Below are positions 12,407 to 24,143 of a stretch of 43,884 nucleotides of DNA, in pieces. Every line of letters starts with the position of its first letter. Positions within the stretch are counted from its first letter, which is position 1. The translations under genes were made by a program, and so were the position numbers. Where the stretch lies: the NCBI RefSeq assembly GCF_001194135.2, contig NC_069001.1, positions 25,296,082-25,339,965 of the forward strand, read 5' to 3'. The DNA is from Octopus bimaculoides. Its lineage: Eukaryota. The notes beneath the pieces were generated by a model that made no database searches, had not been told where the DNA came from, and saw only the letters and a list, made by a program, of their open reading frames with translations.

Positions 12407-12919
12407 AGAATTAAATACGTTTACTGTTTTTATTCTTGTTGCGCTTCTGAAAGTTCCGTATGTATTTACGCAGTTTCAAAACTAATTAATGACGGAAAGT
12501 TTACGTGAATTTCAAAGTTACTTAAGATAGTGTGAAGTATTCAAAGTTGAACACGAAAATACGCGATTATACTTATTAGATCTGTAGACAGCAATCCACA
12601 TGGAAAAAAAAAATATTAACGGTATTTGAAATATACATTCATATGTGCATTTGTTCTAACATACATACACACTCACACACACATACATATTTATATATTT
12701 ATATAATTCTACCATACTCCTCTATGAATTGATCCTTTCCGTCTACCCCACATTTACATACATGTATATATGCCTGTACAGCTATGTCGAGGCACATTTC
12801 TCTTCGTGCAGGCGTATCCACTTGTGTAATTATATGTGTACTTTATTTAGATGGTTATGTTCTCTGGCATTATTCGTCTCTCATTTAAACTGTCTATTAC
12901 ACGTCCGCCCGCCCACGCG

Positions 12920-13270
12920 CGCACATACATACAACTATATGCACACGCATATTCACACGTAGACGTGTGTGTGTGTGTGTGTAATTTCGGATGTACTACA
13001 GTGTCTCTAAAGTGTCTATTAAGTGCCTTTACAGAATGAATTTTAAAAGTATGGAAGTTGTAAATATAGTTTACGGACAAGCATGTGTATCTACACTCAA
13101 ACACGCACGTTATACACACGCAAACGTGTGTGTGTATGAGTGTGTTAGTGTTTGTGTGTATTCATATGCATACGTATACGTATTCCTATATNNNNNNNNN
13201 NNNNNNNNNNNNNNNNNNNNNNNNNNNNNNNNNNNNNNNNNNNNNNNNNNNNTATATAGATATATATACT
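12920..13270. repeat. Degenerate CA/TG/TA repeat region with assembly gap at 13192-13252
   Basis: Direct reading; 61 N flanked by TA repeats. Confidence 0.9.
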
Positions 13271-13727
13271 GCACTGGAAATTTATCTTCACTTAACAACA
13301 ACAAATTATATGGCTTTTTCAATTTATCCCGGCGCTGATTAAAGATGCATGCATAAAACGTTTTTTATTAGTGTTTGATATATGTTTCTACTACGAAAGA
13401 AAGACACGCATATTGAACACGTTTAACAATAGTAGCACGTATATACAATTACGAGCATCATCTGATTATTATAAGTGGTAAAGCACTATTATTAAACGTT
13501 TCTTTGTACAGCAACATTATAAGTTTTCTATTGGTGTTTGTAATAACCGTGTCATAAGGCCCACGATTATCAAATGTGTCTGGATGTCGGATAAATTGCT
13601 TTGCTTTAATTGATGTGACTCGCTGCGCTGTCCATTTAATGTCAGACGCGCTGGTAATGTATTTTTTGTTGCTTTGCATGTTCGATAAATAAATTGCCAG
13701 TCATGTACCTGAGTTAATTCTATTTTT

Positions 13728-13963
13728 TTATTTCTTTGTTGCCCACACGGGGCAAAACATAGAGGGGACAAACAAGGGCAGATAAAGGTTGTTAAGTCGA
13801 TTACATCGCCCCCCGGTGCGTTTCTGGTACTTAATTTATCGACCTCGAAAGAATGAAAGGCAAAATCGACCTCGGCGGAATTTGAACTCAGAACGTAATG
13901 GCAGACGAAATACTACTAAGCATTTTGCCCGGCGTGCTAACGTTTCTGCCACTTCGCCCCCTT
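13728..13963 (-). mobile_element. tRNA-derived SINE family A, full-length, best-preserved copy in the window
   Basis: The minus strand reads AAGGGGGCGAAGTGGCAGAAACGTTAGCACGCCGGGCAAAATGC...GAGTTCAAATTCCGCCGAGG (A/B-box-like head), then core TTGCCTTTCATTCTTTCGAGGTCGATAAATTAAGTACCAG, then a tail ending GGCAACAAAGAAATAA. There are several paralogues in the window. Confidence 0.92.
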
Positions 13964-14880
13964 AAATTCTTCTATTTTCCTGATGGGTTCTGCCATGTTT
14001 TGTCACTATCCCGTTTAAGTTTCTATAACAAATTGTTTACACTTTTAGTCGTAAATCAGTAGGTCTCATTGCAGTTATATCATTTCTGATTCCATCGCCT
14101 TTAACAAATAAGACATTTAACAACCAAATTTACAATGCTTGTGAAGTATTAAATAAATAAATAAAACTATTTGCTAACATCCATCGCATCTCTTGCCAGA
14201 TTGCATAGTACTAAATCTGCTTACTGTAGTGAGTTATACGGAAACTAACACCGGATTTATGCTGGGAACACTCGATTGTCTTGGTCTGTTACTCTGCATG
14301 GCTTTGGGAACATGATACAACCTAACTAGTTAACAAAGACATTTTAACCTAGTCGTTTCACCGGCCTGAATTTGTATCGTACTCTAAACTCTGAGAAATC
14401 TTATCGCACTCAAAAATCTTAGAAAACTACAGAACACACAGGCAAATTCTTTACTAGAATTAATATGATTGAAGTTAAAACGAAATAGCTGTGAACGGAA
14501 AGAATGCTCTCATAAGTCTTCTGGATCAGTGCTGTCTTGAGGAAGCTTAAATAAATGTTAATTTTACATTATCGTATTGCATCAAACGTCTGCTTTCTTT
14601 TGATCGCAACATTCCACTAACATTTTCTAGGTTGAAACAATGTAACAAATCTGCTGATTCTTTTTTATTATTATTTAAATTTCACTGGAATCCTTCCACA
14701 GATAGCATTTATATTGATTAAATACATCTTGTGATTTCCATTTGTGGTATTTTATATAAGACACCAAACTTATGCGTTGAATGGTACAATAGAAAGGATA
14801 TGCTCAACAATAATTCTTGTTACACAGGAAAGCTTAAAGGTTTCTGCTCTTCACTCATATCTGTATGTGTATTCATATAT

Positions 14881-15049
14881 AGGCGCAGGCGTGACTGTGT
14901 GATAAGAAGCTTGCTTCCCAACCACATAGTTCTCAGTTCAGTCTCACTGCGTGACACCATGGATTTGGTAGAGGGAAACTGAAAGAAGCCCGTCGTGTAT
15001 ATATGTATATATATTTGTGTGTGTGTCTGTGTTTGTCCCCCCACCATCA
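14881..15049 (+). mobile_element. SINE family B, internally deleted and 3'-truncated
   Basis: Head AGGCGCAGGCGTGACTGTGTGATAAGAAGCTTGCTTCCCAACCAC joins directly to TGGATTTGGTAGAGGGAAACTGAAAGAAGCCCGTCG, followed by a TA/TG tract. Confidence 0.88.
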
Positions 15050-15139
15050 TATCCTCGAAATTCTCAACTATTTCCTCACGTGTTATTAATTTTCATTTCC
15101 CGTCCCCTTAGTATTGCCATAAAGCCCACCACTACCAAC

Positions 15140-15310
15140 CAACAATGCATCATCATCATCATCACGAAATAAAACTCCCCCTTCTCTTTATCATCGTCAC
15201 CAACGTCATCATCAGTATCTCTGTCTTCGTCTTTATCGTAGTCATCGTGAGCAGGATTAGCTATACTAGCAACATCGTCACCATCTGATGTAGTATCAAT
15301 GCGCACATCA
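15140..15310. repeat. Degenerate (CAT/ATC)n trinucleotide low-complexity tract
   Basis: Direct reading. Confidence 0.8.
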
Positions 15311-17649
15311 CCTTCTTATTCTGATCTACGCTTTTTTTCCAAAAGACATTCTTTGACACAAGCGTTATAAATTTAGCTTAGCCATTAGGTGTTTCATACG
15401 TATATGAACCACTATGTGAAATGCGACGTTTATATGCCTCTGAGTATGTATTTACTTCAAGATGTGTATATATATGTGCACTTATATTTATCTATCTCAG
15501 AATATTCAGTTTACACAATGGTCACTTTTGTCTTGTCAGTTGAATTCTGATGTCAAATAGATGTAAACACTCCAAAATAAGAAACCATTAGGCAGACATC
15601 AAACTTGCTTGTTAGAAACATTTCTTTTCTTTTATTATATTTTAAATTCTTATGTTTGTAGCTATTTATACAGTTTGTTCCACTACTACTGTTACTAAGT
15701 GGTTCGTTGTACTGAGTGTGAGACAGCACTATACTTGTGCGGAGCTAAAATAGCTAATTAAATAGAGCATTGAATCTATGGCTATTTCACTAGTGATTCT
15801 TGTTTGGCACATTTAATATATTTATTGTTTTACTGTGTTTAGACATTAGTCTGCGTCAATCCTAGGATACCGACTTGAAGTAGTTTTATATGATACTATT
15901 TACTCATGCACTTCATTCAGGCTGATATTTATTTGACACACACAAACACAAATAAAAACACCCACATATAAACACAAACAGTCGTAAAAAAATTGAAGGC
16001 TTGGAGAAATACAAGACGACACTCATTTACGCATGCAAAAAGGTATACATTAATATATATTCGTATAAAATCATGGAAAATAGCGACAGAAGAAGATTGA
16101 ACGTAAGTGAGGTGTAAAGTGTGTGATCGTGAACAGTAAAGTACAGTAAAGTACAGGTGACCAATGAAAGACAAACTTCGGACACACGAAATTTCTATCA
16201 TATACAAGCTGAAAATAGTTCTCAAGTGGTAAAAACAGCCAATGATTTCAAAGAGGACACGGACGTTGTTTCCATCGATGGCGCAAAAGTATCACTTGCA
16301 TCGCCCAGAGCTTAGTAACGGAAGAAAATTCTTCTCACCGACAATATATTTTGAAAGGACATTGTTTGGCTATGAATACCATCATTGGACTGTAGAACTC
16401 AAGAATGTCTTTTGACCTCAGGCTTCATTAGATCCAAACAGTGCATATGAGTTTCTCAGTCCTGTAACACGGATGTTTGTAAATACTTTTAATTGAAAAT
16501 ATTGTTTGCTGAAGTGCACAAAGCTTGGTGAAAATGGAATTTATCAACTCGTATTGGTGAAGCATAACGAAACTAACAAACACACGCCCTATGATTCAAT
16601 GGCGTGTTTCATAGACCGACGTTATGCTTTTACGCATATTGTCCATGAGAAATATTTTCTAACAAGACCATCTCCGCAGAGAAAGGTTTTTCTACATCCG
16701 ACTATGTATAAATATTTTCAGTGTTATTGCACAGCGATATATTTAATACAATGCTGCTTTGTGCGCCTTTAGTTAATAAATGTATTTATTATTTTAATTC
16801 ATATATCATTTGGTGAAAATCAGCATCTTTATTTATACGATTGCAGTGAAACTCAAATAGGCCAAACTACTTACGAATCATAAGTTCACGTTAATATTAT
16901 TGACATTTAACGCTGGGTTATCCTGCTACGTTACACGACGGTAAATAATGGAAAAACACCCAATGCAGCCATATATGCTTAATGTAGTCACCTATATGTC
17001 ATGTAGCCCTAGGATTTTTTGTCTTTTGTTGTTAGTATGTAACTACGTGAATTCGCATTTTAAATCCAATAGAAGCAGAAGTTTTCTTCTTGCCATCAGG
17101 GCTAAAACAGAAGATCGATAACCATTACATTACTTACGGCAGCAGCCTCACATGTAGTTTGCTATTAGGCACATACTATTGCTTCTTAATGTTGGTAAGG
17201 CTATATTTTCTTTAAACTGATAGCAGCCAATAAAGTGAACATTTTCACTCATTACAATTGTTGTTACAATGTTAAAATTTGAGGATTGTGTCAGTGGAAC
17301 CATGATATAGTTCCTCTCTTTGTTCTATGAATACTGAAGTATTGGATGTTCAGTCTGAATCTCTTGAATAGTATGAGGGGACGGATCTGTCTGTTTAGGG
17401 TTAATTCTTTGAGACGACACCGCCTCCCAGTTCTCGGAATAAAAACATTGGTCGTAACGTAGCTTCCTAAGGCTAACAAATATATATTTGTCTGTAAATG
17501 TTTTGTTGATAAATTTATATCCGGGCATTGATAAAGGTAGATTTGCCCGTTTATCGAGGCTAAATTGCACCCTGATGGCATCACTGAATTGTTTAACAAT
17601 TGCTAGTGAGCCTTGTAGATATTGATCATCATTACTAAAATTATTGTTG

Positions 17650-17650
<1 letters not shown>

Positions 17651-17700
<50 letters not shown>
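17651..17700. repeat. (TTA)n microsatellite
   Basis: 50 nt of uninterrupted TTA units. Confidence 0.98.
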
Positions 17701-17702
<2 letters not shown>

Positions 17703-17836
17703 GGCCAGCGTCAAGATGCTTAGCGGCATTTCGTCTGTCTTTTCGTTTTGAGTCCTAATTCCACCGAGGTAGACGTTGTCTTTTATCCTTTCGGGTCGAT
17801 AAGATACGTTCCAGTACAACACTGATGTCGATGTAA
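17701..17836 (+). mobile_element. SINE family A partial copy abutting (TTA)n
   Basis: ATGCTTAGCGGCATTTCGTCTGTC...CCACCGAGGTAGACGTTGTCTTTTATCCTTTCGGGTCGATAAG matches the head and core of 13728-13963. Confidence 0.85.
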
Positions 17837-18479
17837 ATTCCTAGCATCCTCCCCTATATTTGAGGTCTTCTGCTTATAGTGAAACGGATTATTATAATTA
17901 TCATTATTAAGGCAGTGAGCAATAACAATCATTAACACGTAAGAGAAAAAAATTAGCAGCATTTCTTTCTCTTCTTTATGTTCTAAGATGAAATTTCTTG
18001 AGGGCAACTTTGCTCTTCATCCTTTCGGGGTTATATTGACACATGGGTTAATATAATTGTCTATGTCCCACCGTAACGTTGCTGGTCTTCTGACAAATGT
18101 AGAAATATATCCTTACATTTGTCCACTCGATCAGGACATACCTAGGGTTAAGTAACCACTTCCTGGAAGGACGCAGTATATCATTTATTGCAGGATGCAT
18201 TTTGTCTGACTAAAAGTCATGATAATGAGAGAAGAGGCATATTGGACCATAGATCTATTGAATCAAATGCGTCCCCCAAGAAACTTCGACAAGGAGGACG
18301 CATTAGATGATATAGTTATCGATACGGCCTGCCTGAATTGCGGACACGGTGCTCATGCCAAGGTGTCAGTTACTCGTAGGTCTGCTATATTAGAATAGTA
18401 ACAGAGGCTATGCAACATCAATAAAGAAGTACAAGTTCTGAATGAAAGGCGGGACGGTCAGGTCTGGAACTCATTTTAA

Positions 18480-19380
18480 TCACAGGGCTATAGGATCAAG
18501 ATTGATTCGTGGCAAAAGAACAGTCGCAAGGAAGTGCACACTGGATAATAAATTCTAAATTTTGCTATGGCTGTTTCTGGAAAATGGCGTTTGCTTCGAG
18601 TTTCAATGTAGATATGTGCGGTTATTTTTGTCATATGTTGTACAATATGACCAATATTTCTGCTCTGTTGATACTGTCGCTAATCACACTATATATTATT
18701 TTACTGTTAGTTCTGTAGTATATCTTTGATACAATTCTTTTCTAGGCGTGTGTTTTCTATTGTTTATTTTCCTCACACACACAAACATATACATATATAT
18801 ACATATACATACACACACTCAAACACATACACACATACATATATGTAGTTTTCAACTATTTCATTCATTAGTTCTTTGAAGCATAGTTTATTTCGGTCGT
18901 GTGCAGTGTCGCTATATTGTATTCAAGGCTGTTTCTACTTTTTATAGGTTTAGCTACTTTGGTGTATAATTGATAATTGAGGTTGTGTTTTTTTATGTTG
19001 CCTTGTGGAATATGTTTCCTTGATGCATCTATAATTATTTTGTTGAATCAGCATTGTATATATCATGATTAGGGTGTTGTTGAATTCTAAAACCTTGATG
19101 TTATTACTTTTTGTAATTCATTATGCTTTATTTTTTGTTATGGTAAGTTTCTAGAAAATACTTTTTGATTTCTTCATAGGTCTGTGAGTGTATCATTATA
19201 ATAATTATTAAAGCACATTTCTGGAAATGTGAGAGAAGCGTTTGCGATATAGCAAAATGCAGCGTGTTGAATGTAAAAGGAATTGAGTTCTGATAACAGT
19301 TTATCTCACATTGTGAACTAGGCTAGAAAAGTGGAGTGAATTGAAGGGTCCAACATTAATGATGTTCGTGAAAGAGTTAA
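18480..19380 (-). mobile_element. Decayed LINE ORF2 fragment (endonuclease-to-RT linker, I/jockey-group-like), split by a CA microsatellite
   Basis: The minus strand is A-rich. It translates to FNKIIIDASRKHIPQGNIKKHNLNY (19047-18973) and, after the (CA)n at about 18775-18845, KRIVSKIYYRTNSKIIYSVIS (18741-18679). These resemble linker motifs of non-LTR ORF2. Several stops; clade assignment is tentative. Confidence 0.5.
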
Positions 19381-19448
19381 TATTTTCTACACTCTGGACA
19401 ATAAACTGGTTGAACTAGTTTAATAGGAAATTGTTAGTACTAGTGGTA

Positions 19449-19451
<3 letters not shown>

Positions 19452-19489
<38 letters not shown>
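19452..19489. repeat. (TA)n microsatellite
   Basis: Direct reading. Confidence 0.98.
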
Positions 19490-19494
<5 letters not shown>

Positions 19495-19599
19495 CATACG
19501 TATATATAAAATTAAATAAGCAGAAAATGGAGAAAGTTTTCATCAACAAACAAATAAATTACCCAACATCGAGTAATTATTTTTTTAAATACAAGACAA

Positions 19600-19725
19600 A
19601 AAATTTCTTACGGCCGTTTCGGCTGCCAATGTCAATCGGTGCTTACAAAGAAAATTCCGAAAATAATATACGTCATCTTTATAGTATATTCAATCCAGTG
19701 CCTGGAGCTTCATCAGAGTGAATAC
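19600..19725 (-). ncRNA. Candidate, probably decayed, type I hammerhead ribozyme of Penelope-like element type
   Basis: On the minus strand: CUGAUGA (19716-19710), an 89-nt insert, then GAAA-CGGCCG-UA (19620-19609) with the palindromic stem III ACGGCCGU and a GUA cleavage triplet. Stem II is imperfect (AGCUCC/GGCAGCC) and stem I has only about 2 bp. Confidence 0.45.
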
Positions 19726-19796
19726 AAATACATAAAATAAACGAATGGAAGAGGGAAGAGGAAAGAACAGCACTGACTAACATTGGCAGCCGAAAC
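19616..19796. repeat. 27-bp inverted repeat (24/27) with 127-nt spacer
   Basis: GTTTCGGCTGCCAATGTCAATCGGTGC (19616-19642) versus GCACTGACTAACATTGGCAGCCGAAAC (19770-19796). Confidence 0.92.
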
Positions 19797-20039
19797 TGAT
19801 GCATGTTGTTTTGCATTAACCGATGTTGGTCAATTTGTTTGTTGATCAAAAGTTTTCACCATTTTCTGCTTATTTAAATTTGACTCCTGATTAACAATTG
19901 TTTCTTCTGTTATTACCTGCACCCCATGTGCATAATGTGCTTTCATATCCATGCTCAGGTGTAACATAGGTAAATGATAACGGGAATAAGAACTGATATT
20001 CTTATCCCTTAGACGGTTTTTCCAACTGCTAACTCTCCT

Positions 20040-20044
<5 letters not shown>

Positions 20045-20102
<58 letters not shown>
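20045..20102. repeat. (TA)n microsatellite
   Basis: Direct reading. Confidence 0.98.
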
Positions 20103-20106
<4 letters not shown>

Positions 20107-21210
20107 TAAAATACAGTTACTTGCAATGCTCAACAGTAAATGAGAATTATCGTCGTCAACTAAATGAGATTAATGGTCCGAAGACTCCTACATTGTGAAA
20201 ATAATGGATAAAATGCTTCAATGCTGTGATAAAGAACATAACATATATTCTGATAGGGGTTGGCTGCAATCGCTCTAAACACCGAAGTGAGAATTCATTA
20301 GACTGTCAGATATGGCTAAGAGTTGTTTTGACTCTTATTTCTAGCAGTGCTGGTGCTAGATAGTACCCTTGGTCACTTTAGTGACGTCTATATATCTGCC
20401 TTTCGGTTGTAAAAGCGAATAAGCCGCCATTATTATTTATAAATACATACAAACGCACACACAAATAAACAAACACACACACACACACAAATCTTCATAG
20501 ATCTCAGTGTGTGTTCTTTTATATGTGTTTTCGTGTTTAACATTAATGTGCTTAGTGATATTTTTTTAACTTTGTTTTTCAAACCCTGCATTTTTAATGC
20601 ATTGCTATTTTGATTTGTATAAGAATTTCATTTATAAGTGTAGACTGAATGCAAATTACTTTGAATGTATTCACATCACCTCCGTTGGGAACGAACCATT
20701 ACCATTTTTTTTTTTTAGAAAAAAAAATTGGAACAGCGCCTTTTCTGAGATAGCATTATCCTTGTGTAACTGTCCTACGTGTTCATAAAATATTTTTATC
20801 TTCACCAAACTGTTTTAAATGCCTTTAGTATTATATGACAAAAATATTTTATATATTTTTGTCAGGTTTGCAAAATTTACTTTTAGTATTGTTACTAAAG
20901 ATTTTATTTTCACAAGTATTCTTTCGATGTGAACCTGCGAAGCTAGTGAGAGATAACAGTACTATTTCCCGTTTTTATCGTTGTATATGCAGTCAAAGTT
21001 TTATTTTTCCTTTGAAAAAGAGATAAAAATGTCTTCATTATTTGCACATTTTGCTGATTTGGTTTGTTTTTAAAAGCATTTTTAAGTCTTCCAAAGCGTT
21101 GACTTCAAATAGTTTTGAAATCCTATTTTATGTTTATATGAAACCATCATTTTCACGTTTGCCCATCCTTTCTTCGCGTCTCGTTTACTTCTAAATATGT
21201 ATAGGATATG

Positions 21211-21354
21211 ATAATAATAATGATCCCTTCTACTATAAGCACAAGGCCTGAATTTTGGAGGAGGGTTAGTAAATTGCATTGACCTCTACTGGTGGAATGA
21301 GAACTCAAATCGATTTTGCCCGACGTGGAAACGGTTCTGCCAGCTTTCCACCCT
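21211..21354 (-). mobile_element. SINE family A, internally deleted, flanked on both sides by (AAT)n
   Basis: ATAATAATAATGATCCCTTCTACTATAAGCACAAGGCCTGAATTTTGG is the tail and GAACTC...GGTTCTGCCAGCTTTCCACCCT is the head. Confidence 0.8.
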
Positions 21355-21379
21355 AACAACAATAATAATAATAATAATA

Positions 21380-21413
<34 letters not shown>
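21355..21413. repeat. (AAT)n microsatellite
   Basis: Direct reading. Confidence 0.97.
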
Positions 21414-21414
<1 letters not shown>

Positions 21415-21480
21415 TAGCTGGACTCATGAAAACATCAAGGAAAACCTTAAAAAATGTAAGCATTTGTAAACAGTGTACTG

Positions 21481-21655
21481 GTGCCATGAGAAATGTTTGC
21501 ATATACTGACCGACTGTCTTTACGTTCTGAGTTCTAATTCTGCCGAGGTCGACTTTGCCTTTCATCCTTCGGGGTTGATAAATCAAGTACCAGTTTTGTA
21601 CTGGGGTCGATTTAATCAACTGGCCTCCTCTTCACAAACCTTTCGGGTCTAGAAA
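21481..21655 (+). mobile_element. SINE family A copy
   Basis: TACGTTCTGAGTTCTAATTCTGCCGAGGTCGACTTTGCCTTTCATCCTTCGGGGTTGATAAATCAAGTACCAG matches 13728-13963. Confidence 0.9.
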
Positions 21656-21830
21656 TGTATATTGTGTCAATTACGGAATGTGGAACATAATGTTACATCA
21701 ATGGCTATATAATCCAACCAAAATATTTCAGTTACACAAACGTAAACGGAATTACTATTTAACCTTAAAATACATCGTACATATTCAAAGAACCTTGTTC
21801 GCTTATTGGTACTGAACTTTATTCTGGTAT

Positions 21831-22063
21831 TCTTTTATTCTTTTACTTGTTTCAGTCATTTGACGGTGGCCATGATGAAGCACCACCCTTTAGTCGAAGA
21901 AAGTAACCTCTGGACTTATTCCATGTAAGTCTGGCTCTTATTATATCAGTCTCTTCTGCAGAACAGCTAAATTACAAGGACACAATCTCTCCAACATCGG
22001 TTGTCAAGCAATGGTAGTGGTGGAAAAAGCACAGACACAAACACACACAAACATGACGGGCTT
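21831..22063 (-). mobile_element. SINE family B 3' half
   Basis: TTTTACTTGTTTCAGTCATTTGAC...CGGTTGTCAAGC...CACAGACACAAAC...GACGGGCTT matches the 3' halves of 985-1331 and 35077-35460. Confidence 0.85.
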
Positions 22064-22184
22064 GGAGGTAGTGGGGATGGTGGCTGGTGCAATTTTGTGG
22101 TTTACTGCTATGCCGAGAGAGAGCCAGCGGGCCCCTAACTGGTTTCCCGATCTTAAAGGTTGTAAGTAATGTTTCTTTGTAGAT

Positions 22185-22405
22185 AAGGTGGTGAACTGGC
22201 ATGATCGTCACCATGCCGGAAAAAAGGCTTAGAAGCATTCTGTCTGTTTTTACGCTCTGAGGTCAAATTCACCCGAGGGCGGCTTTGCCTTTCAATCCTT
22301 TCAGGGTCGATAAAATAAGTACCAGTTGGACACTGGGGTTGATTTAATCCACTTACACCCTTCCCCTAAACTGCTGGCCTTGTGTCAAAGTTTGAAACCA
22401 ATATT
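22185..22405 (+). mobile_element. SINE family A, near full-length, GAAACCAATATT-type tail
   Basis: Head AAGGTGGTGAACTGGCATGATCG, core TTTGCCTTTCAATCCTTTCAGGGTCGATAAAATAAGTACCAG, tail GGCCTTGTGTCAAAGTTTGAAACCAATATT. Confidence 0.88.
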
Positions 22406-22859
22406 TGTTTGGAAATGTGAAATGGCAACCGTTAAAAAACGGATAAATGAAAACCACCGGATTTTAAAAAAGAAAATAAATAAACTCTTGGCGACGTATT
22501 TAGCTGATTATTAACTTTTATCGCACTTATAATCTTTGATATTTTATTAAAAACACAGGGGATACGTAATGAAATAAAGAGCAACATGAATTTCCCAAAT
22601 TTGAGAGTAGTGGTATACGAGTAATCTGCAATTCAAATCTAAAGTGGGTACTAAATTTCTTCCTCTTCATTCTTTTTACTCAGTACAACGGAGGCCAATA
22701 TCCCGAGGGTTCTGGTCATCTTCTATTTTCTTCATAATTACAAAACAATAAGATTATCACTGAAGAATAACCTATGACAATACCTTTTATTAGTTATTGT
22801 GAGATTAATTTAGACGGAGTTGGCGGACAAAAACAAGAGTAAATGGAGTGACAGAAATA

Positions 22860-22990
22860 TGGTGAGATATCCACAGACTGAAAAGGAGAGAAAGAGAGAG
22901 ACAGAAGAAAGACAGAAAGAGAGGGAAACAGAGAAAAAGAGAGAGAAAGAGAGTAGAGCGAAAGGAGAGAGAGGAGATAGAGATTGAATG
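22860..22990. repeat. GA-rich polypurine low-complexity tract
   Basis: Direct reading. Confidence 0.85.
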
Positions 22991-23239
22991 AATGATGGCG
23001 CGAGATACGTAGTAATGAGAAAAAAGCCGCAAGGGAATATATGGACCAAATTTCAAATTAAGGAATTAGAAAGAATGGTAGGAGAATCGACAAGCATTGG
23101 GTGATCATTGAAAGTAAGAAACATAAACTGTCAATGGAGGTTAGAGATTAAAGTTTTATACACGTCATGCTGTACATCACCTCTTAGAGATTAATTGTGG
23201 GCCCAATTTAAGAGAGATTGCTGTAATTCTTAAATGGAC

Positions 23240-23400
23240 CGTGTTGTTGTGATGGTGGTGGTAGTGGTGGTAGGAACGTATATTGTTGTTGTTACTATTT
23301 GTATGTGCTATTGGTTAATGGAGGCTGTTGCTGTTGTTGTCGATGATGGTGTTGTTATTGTCGTTGGTGGTAGTGGTGGCGATGGTGGTTGTAGTGCGTG
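23240..23400. repeat. Degenerate (GGT/GTT/GAT)n trinucleotide tract
   Basis: Direct reading. Confidence 0.85.
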
Positions 23401-23909
23401 TTTTAATGTATGATTGATGGTGCCAATATTTGGGACATTCGGTAAAGTTCCTTTTTTATTGCTGCTATTTTCAGCTCTGCGTTTACAAACTTTCGATCAA
23501 ATACACGACAGCTTTATCTTAAACAGTGTGACTACGTCTAGGTCTATGTTAGCATCGAATAAGCGGTTGTTTGAAAGACATTAGGGTCTAATTTGACCGT
23601 AAATGGACTGCTATATCTAACGGGTTCATTGACCACATAACGACACGCAACTTCGAAGTTACTGTTTATTTATTTCGTAATGTATTTATTCTTCTTTTTC
23701 AACCAATATACCCTTGATCAAATTTATCTACAATTACATTGACCGATTGACTTTCAGTTTCTTTAATAAATAAGATGTGGCATAAATTACATTTACCTAC
23801 TCTAGCAATAATAAAGAAGCTTCTGGCTCATGTTTGTGGTGAGGGTTCTGATTTTGGTTAAGTCATTGGTTTGAATTTCTGTTATTTTTATATGATCATT
23901 GTTGTTGCT

Positions 23910-24133
23910 AATATTGGCTTCACATTTTGGCGCAAGGCCAGCAATTCCAAGGAAGTGGGTAAGTAGATACGTCCATCCCAGTGCTCATCTGGTACGTATT
24001 TTATCGACCCCGGAAAGATGAACGGTAAAGTCGACCACGGCGGATTTTGAACTGAGAACGTAACGTTAGGACGAGTGAAATACCGCTAAGCATTTCTCTC
24101 AGCATCCTAACGATTTTATCAGTTCACCGCCTT
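23910..24133 (-). mobile_element. SINE family A, near full-length (tandem dimer, unit 1)
   Basis: AATATTGG...GCAAGGCCAGC tail, TTTTATCGACCCCGGAAAGATGAACGGTAAAGTCGACC core, GTTCACCGCCTT head end. Confidence 0.9.
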
Positions 24134-24143
24134 GAATACAAGA

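Noticed and set aside
15076-15306. Acidic Asp-rich ORF
   Set aside because: It is the product of a degenerate (GAT)n repeat.
17325-17822. 165-aa ORF with poly-Ile, the longest in the track
   Set aside because: It is made of an antisense SINE, an (AAT)n tract and flanking noncoding DNA.
22684-22740. Strong + strand acceptors at 22683 and 31995 followed by short open frames (YNGGQYPEGSG..., LICVLWRVIG...)
   Set aside because: Polypyrimidine tracts are abundant here. There is no matching donor and no recognisable peptide.
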